61,466 bases of DNA from an uncultured Mesoaciditoga sp. (lineage in GTDB: Bacteria > Thermotogota > Thermotogae > Mesoaciditogales > Mesoaciditogaceae), in contig CAYYEU010000001.1 of assembly GCA_964470975.1 (NCBI GenBank), positions 1 through 61,466 of the forward strand, given 5' to 3'. Of the stretch, positions 57,216 through 61,466 are shown piece by piece (position 1 is the stretch's first letter; each line of letters opens with the position of its first letter). Below the pieces are notes generated by a model that saw only the letters and a list, made by a program, of their open reading frames with translations, made no database searches and was not told the DNA's origin. The position numbers were made by a program, and so were the translations under genes.

Positions 57216-58562
57216 ATGAAATATCTCTTCAAGAACATCGCTTATCTTGCCACATTTTCTAAAAAGGGAGATCTTGAAAACACTTCACTTGTTGTTGAAG
57301 ACAATCAAATAGCCTATATTGGCGATGAAGTTTCGAATGAAGAATTCGACCATGTTATCGATTGCTCAAATATGGTGATGCTTCCAGGATTTGTCAACAC
57401 CCATCACCATCTTTACCAATCACTCACAAGAAATGTCAGAAAAGTTCAAAACGCAAAACTTTTCGACTGGTTGGTTAATCTTTATGAAATATGGAAGAAT
57501 ATAGATAACGAAAGCGCATATGTAAGTGCGGCAGTTGCATCTGCTGAAATGGCACTTAGCGGAGTAACTACTACGAGCGATATGCTTTACCTTTACCCAA
57601 ATAACAAAAATTCACTTTTTGACGAAGAAATAAAGGGAGTAGCACATGTTGGCCTTCGATTTCATCCAACACGCGGTTCCATGTCAATGTCAAAAAAAGA
57701 TGGAGGGCTTCCCCCAGATTCCGTAGTTCAAAATGAAGATGAAATCTTATCGGAATATGAGAGAGTTATAAACAAGTATCACGATAGATCAAAATTTTCT
57801 ATGACCCGTGTGGCTCTCGCCCCTTGTTCGCCTTTTTCCGTTACGGAATCGTTAATGGTTAAAACACTTGAAATAGCAGAAAAAGAAAATGTTCTCCTTC
57901 ATACACACTTGGCAGAGACAAGGGATGAAGATGAATTCTGCCTTGAGAAATTCGGACTAAGGCCGGTTGATTACATGGGAAAACTTGGCTGGCTGAATCC
58001 ACGAGTATGGTTTGCACACCTTGTACATATCAGTGATGAAGACATAGAAAAGCTGCGCGAAAATGATGTTGGAGTAGCTCATTGTCCTTCTTCAAACATG
58101 AGGCTTGGCTCCGGAATAGCTCCTATCACCAAGATGAGGGGTTTGCGGATTTCACTTGGGGTTGATGGAAGCGCATCCAATGATACAGGCAACATGATAT
58201 TAGAAGCAAGGAATGCGCTGCTTCTTCAAAGGGTAAAATATGGTGCTGATGCTCTAACCCCAAGAGAAGTGCTGAAGTTTGCAACTTTAGGCGGGGCACA
58301 AGTGTTGAGAATGGACGATTACATTGGCACACTTGAAATTGGTAAAGCTGCGGATCTTATAATGTTTGACATGAACAAACTCGAATTCGCCGGTGGCCTT
58401 GACGATCCAGTGGGAGCTGTTGTCATGTGTGATGCCAAGAAAGTTGATTTCAACATGGTCAACGGTAAAGTGATTGTCGAAAACGGAAGTTTGACAATTG
58501 ATGACGAAAAAGAGTTGATTAAGTCTCAAAATGAGATATCCAAAAAACTTTTAAGGGGGTAG
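57216..58562 (+). CDS. amidohydrolase-superfamily deaminase (8-oxoguanine / MTA-SAH deaminase-like)
   Basis: PGFVNTHHHLYQS metal motif, HLAET, HCPSSN, LGVDGSASND. ATG 57216; the track ORF start at 57132 overlaps gltX. Confidence 0.8.
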   Translation: MKYLFKNIAYLATFSKKGDLENTSLVVEDNQIAYIGDEVSNEEFDHVIDCSNMVMLPGFVNTHHHLYQSLTRNVRKVQNAKLFDWLVNLYEIWKNIDNESAYVSAAVASAEMALSGVTTTSDMLYLYPNNKNSLFDEEIKGVAHVGLRFHPTRGSMSMSKKDGGLPPDSVVQNEDEILSEYERVINKYHDRSKFSMTRVALAPCSPFSVTESLMVKTLEIAEKENVLLHTHLAETRDEDEFCLEKFGLRPVDYMGKLGWLNPRVWFAHLVHISDEDIEKLRENDVGVAHCPSSNMRLGSGIAPITKMRGLRISLGVDGSASNDTGNMILEARNALLLQRVKYGADALTPREVLKFATLGGAQVLRMDDYIGTLEIGKAADLIMFDMNKLEFAGGLDDPVGAVVMCDAKKVDFNMVNGKVIVENGSLTIDDEKELIKSQNEISKKLLRG

Positions 58563-58566
58563 AGTC

Positions 58567-60060
58567 ATGGAAATCAGAGAGTTCTACGACTATATGAAAG
58601 AAATATCTAAGATTCAGAATGCTGCAGCACTCGTCGCATGGGACATGAGAACCAAAATTCCTTCAAAAGGGGCGAAAGACAGAGCAGATGTTATGGGAAA
58701 ACTTTCAAGGATGACTTTCGAAATGGCTACATCATCCAGGATGGCGGAATTTGTAGAGTACTACAATCGACCAAAGACTTACGATTCTCTCAGCGAGATC
58801 GACAGACGAAATGTATACCTGGCAACCAAAGAGTACCGCCGAGGAAAGGCCATACCACCGGAAAAATTCGAGAAATTCATGATCGCGTGCGCACGTGGTG
58901 AAACCATTTGGCAAGAGGCAAAAGCCAAGTCCGATTTCCTAAAGTTCAAACCGGTGCTTGAAGAAATAATTGGATATCTTAAAGAGTTTGCCGACATGTA
59001 CGGTTACGAAGAAAACAGATACGATGCGCTTTTGGATGAGTTTGAACCGTCAACTACGACAAAAGACATACAAAAGGTAATAGATGGCTTAAAAAAAGAA
59101 CTTGTTCCTTTCATAAAAAGACTCGCTGACGTAAAAAGACCAGATGATTCCATACTAAAAGGGAAATTTGACAGAGCTCTTCAAGAAAAATTATCCTTCG
59201 AAGCTTTAAAAACCATGACTTATGATTTCAAAGCTGGCAGACTTGATGAAACCGAACATCCTTTTACAATAGGCATAGGCCCTGGAGACGTACGAGTTAC
59301 CACGAAATACGATCCAAATGATCTAAGGCCATCGTTGTTTGGAACAATGCACGAAGGTGGGCATGCGCTTTACGAACAGGGAATCTCAGAGAAATATTTT
59401 AGAATGCCAATTGGAACAGGGGCATCGATGGGAATTCACGAATCTCAATCAAGAACATGGGAAAATATGATAGGAAGATCAAAAGCATTTTGGAAGTTCT
59501 TCTATCCAAAACTTATTGAGTTCTTCCCACAGTACGGTGAAATTCCAGTTGAAGATTTCTACAAGGCAATAAACGTCGTTGAACCATCTTTGATAAGGAT
59601 AGAAGCTGATGAAGTTACTTATAATCTCCATATAATAATTCGTTTTGAAATTGAAGAAGCCTTGATAAACGATCGTGTAAAAGTTTCCGATCTTCCAGAC
59701 ATTTGGAACGAAAAGATGAAAGAGTACTTTGGGATTGAACCTTCAAATGACGCAGAAGGCGTTTTGCAAGACGTGCACTGGGCGGGTGGACAACTTGGGT
59801 ATTTTCCATCTTACATGCTTGGAAATCTTTACGCTGCTCAATTCTTCGCAACCGCCCAAAAAGAAATTCCTGATTTGGAAGAGCGAATAAGCTCCGGAGA
59901 TCTGAAAACATTCAGAGAATGGCAAAGGGAGAAAATTCACCAATACGGTGCTCTTTACGATCCAAAAGATCTTATCGTCAAAGTCACCGGTGAGCCACTT
60001 ACCCATAAATATTTCATGGATTACATAACCAAGAAATTTTCTGAGGTTTACGGGATCTAA
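58567..60060 (+). CDS. M32 carboxypeptidase (Taq-type thermostable carboxypeptidase)
   Basis: HEGGHALYEQG (HExxH), IHESQSR, HPF and DVHW motifs. Confidence 0.92.
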   Translation: MEIREFYDYMKEISKIQNAAALVAWDMRTKIPSKGAKDRADVMGKLSRMTFEMATSSRMAEFVEYYNRPKTYDSLSEIDRRNVYLATKEYRRGKAIPPEKFEKFMIACARGETIWQEAKAKSDFLKFKPVLEEIIGYLKEFADMYGYEENRYDALLDEFEPSTTTKDIQKVIDGLKKELVPFIKRLADVKRPDDSILKGKFDRALQEKLSFEALKTMTYDFKAGRLDETEHPFTIGIGPGDVRVTTKYDPNDLRPSLFGTMHEGGHALYEQGISEKYFRMPIGTGASMGIHESQSRTWENMIGRSKAFWKFFYPKLIEFFPQYGEIPVEDFYKAINVVEPSLIRIEADEVTYNLHIIIRFEIEEALINDRVKVSDLPDIWNEKMKEYFGIEPSNDAEGVLQDVHWAGGQLGYFPSYMLGNLYAAQFFATAQKEIPDLEERISSGDLKTFREWQREKIHQYGALYDPKDLIVKVTGEPLTHKYFMDYITKKFSEVYGI

Positions 60061-60077
60061 AGCAAAACATTTGTATT

Positions 60078-60106
60078 AAAGGTGTCTGAAAGGACACCTT
60101 TAATTT
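60078..60106 (+). terminator. rho-independent terminator after the carboxypeptidase gene
   Basis: AAAGGTGTC-TGAAAG-GACACCTTT followed by AATTT. Confidence 0.65.
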
Positions 60107-60115
60107 GGAATACGA

Positions 60116-60129
60116 TGAAAACGTTTCCA
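60116..60129. promoter_or_regulatory. LacI/CcpA-family-type operator palindrome
   Basis: TGAAAACGTTTCCA fits the generic TGnAAnCGnTTnCA pattern at all constrained positions. Confidence 0.45.
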
Positions 60130-60407
60130 AAAATATTTTGATTTCTACGAATAAATTGATAATTTTTCTCGTTTAACGTTCCATATAAAGAAGAAATATC
60201 GCAAATCACGTGCTCGCTGAATTTTTCAGTATTTTAATCTAAAAAATAAATAAATCTTTTTACGAAAAAAGCAGATTTTAGAAGAAAAACTGCGAAAAAC
60301 AATTAAAATGCTAACAGATCGCCTTAGATCAATTAAAAATGTCTCATATCATAGTTTTTAAGCTTCAGATGGATTTGGGAAAAAACAAGTTTTATGCAAA
60401 AATTTAA

Positions 60408-60421
60408 TGTAAATGTTTTCA
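60408..60421. promoter_or_regulatory. second, weaker LacI-type operator-like site just upstream of the LacI-family gene
   Basis: TGTAAATGTTTTCA has the same outer half-sites but a central TG instead of CG. It lies 22 nt upstream of ATG 60443. Confidence 0.3.
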
Positions 60422-60442
60422 TTATTGAAGGATGTGGAGTAC

Positions 60443-61420
60443 ATGCCAAGTATAAAAGACGTTGCGCGAGAGGCTAAAGTTTCCATTGCCACGGTTTCAA
60501 GGGTTTACAACAATCCAGAGGCTGTAAGTGGTAAAACCAAGGAAAGGGTTTTCTCCATCGCAGAAAAATTAGGCTACACCCCGAATTTCTTAGCACAAAC
60601 TTTAAGAAAATCCATAGTTGGTACGATCATCGCAATAGTGCCTGACGTGTCGAATGCTTTTTTTATTGACATGGTGGGCGGTATTCAAGATTATGCTGAA
60701 TCTCGTGGCTACAACGTCCTTATGGGCCGTTTTAACCTGAATAATTTCGATATAAGAAAATACGTTAAACTCATAAAATCCAAAGCTGCCGATGGAATTG
60801 TGATGGCTACTGGACACAACAGACATTTTAAGCCGGTTAAAGAAGCAAGAAATGTTCCCATGGTAACTATAGAAGAGGAGTTTATGGGAAATCCATACAT
60901 ATACGTTGACAATTTTGAAGCTATAAAGAAAATGGTCGAATATCTTGCTTCAAAGGGCAAAAGAAAAATGGGATTTTTAGGCTTTAAAACAGAAGAAGAA
61001 CGTTTTGAAGCCTTCAAAGATGCACTGAAAATGTATGGGCTTGAGTATGACAAAAACATGATCAAAAAAGGTGAAGAAGTTGGAGAAGCTGTTTACATCA
61101 GTGCAAGAGAATATATAGAATCGCTTATTGAAAAGAATAAAATTCCAGATGCCATCGTTTGTACTTCAGATGTACTTGCAGCTGGAGCGATAAAATGGCT
61201 GATTAAAAATGGGCTAAGTGTTCCAGAGGACGTTGCAGTTACAGGATTTGATAATATAGAAGTTGCTGAACTGGTTTACCCTGGCATAACAACGGTAGAA
61301 CAGCCACACAAAAGTATGGGTCGCGAAGCCGCGCGTCTTCTGATAAACAAAATAGAAGGTCATGAAATAGCAAGAAAAATAGTATTTCAAACGAGAATCA
61401 TAGTCAGAGAATCTGCATAA
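60443..61420 (+). CDS. LacI-family transcriptional regulator
   Basis: N-terminal HTH MPSIKDVAREAKVSIATVSRVYNN and a periplasmic-binding-protein-like core. ATG 60443 lies after GAAGGATGTGGAG. Confidence 0.9.
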   Translation: MPSIKDVAREAKVSIATVSRVYNNPEAVSGKTKERVFSIAEKLGYTPNFLAQTLRKSIVGTIIAIVPDVSNAFFIDMVGGIQDYAESRGYNVLMGRFNLNNFDIRKYVKLIKSKAADGIVMATGHNRHFKPVKEARNVPMVTIEEEFMGNPYIYVDNFEAIKKMVEYLASKGKRKMGFLGFKTEEERFEAFKDALKMYGLEYDKNMIKKGEEVGEAVYISAREYIESLIEKNKIPDAIVCTSDVLAAGAIKWLIKNGLSVPEDVAVTGFDNIEVAELVYPGITTVEQPHKSMGREAARLLINKIEGHEIARKIVFQTRIIVRESA

Positions 61421-61459
61421 TACACCCAAAAGGGTGAATTAATAAAAGGAGGGATTTTT

Positions 61460-61466
61460 GTGAAAA
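61460..61466 (+). CDS. first codons of a downstream gene (3' end outside the window)
   Basis: GTG lies 6 nt after AAGGAGGG. Only 7 nt are visible. Confidence 0.25.

Noticed and set aside
1-61466. CRISPR arrays, IS elements, prophage genes, toxin-antitoxin or known defence systems
   Set aside because: I saw no direct-repeat/spacer periodicity. No transposase, integrase, recombinase or Cas-like ORFs appear in any frame of the track. The only repeat-like DNA is the hairpin cluster at 39.6-39.9 kb.

Overview
This AT-rich, densely coding window reads as core chromosome of a Thermotogota-like bacterium. My guess is a Thermotoga/Pseudothermotoga relative. That guess rests on a NusG with a large internal domain, a 1665-aa RNA polymerase beta-prime, a CheY recalled as very close to T. 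maritima CheY, many TTG/GTG starts and short gene overlaps. It is inference, not a database result.

Plus strand, 1-22.9 kb: a 5'-truncated SurA-like PPIase, a DUF59 protein, prmC, an orphan OmpR-type regulator, tRNA-Ser/Arg, yceD-rpmF-plsX-glmS, rsfS-leuS, rex, a sugar ABC binding protein with two permeases, a two-part hemerythrin/DUF438 sensor, mobB-mobA, and plsC-BFN nuclease-polyprenyl synthase followed by two uncharacterised membrane proteins.

Minus strand, 22.8-25.5 kb: ybeY, an HD-7TM phosphohydrolase and phoH.

Plus strand, 25.6-38.2 kb: the classical tRNA-Thr/Tyr, rpmG, tRNA-Trp, secE-nusG-rplKAJL-rpoBC block.

Beyond 38.2 kb: an MFS gene (minus), a 0.67-kb hairpin-rich spacer and lpdA (plus). 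A long minus-strand run follows: cheA-cheW-cheY-fliO-fliP, rng, a GH57 enzyme, a metalloprotease/PD40/beta-barrel protein and rpsT, then an ECF sigma/anti-sigma/secreted-protein trio. rsmA and tRNA-Ser(GGA) lie upstream of cheA. The window ends with a TIGR00725-like gene, gltX, an amidohydrolase, an M32 carboxypeptidase and a LacI-family regulator.

I found no transposase, integrase, CRISPR array, toxin-antitoxin pair or recognisable defence gene, so most of the window is ordinary housekeeping DNA.

The candidates most worth a second look:
1. The ECF/anti-sigma/LolA-like trio, together with the nearby beta-barrel-anchored HExxH/PD40 protein.
2. The membrane-anchored pseudo-lipase/propeller protein plus its TPR partner.
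3. A patatin-like protein that has lost all three catalytic motifs.
4. The cluster of GTCAT-framed hairpins in the MFS-lpdA spacer.

None of these is demonstrated as a new system from sequence alone.
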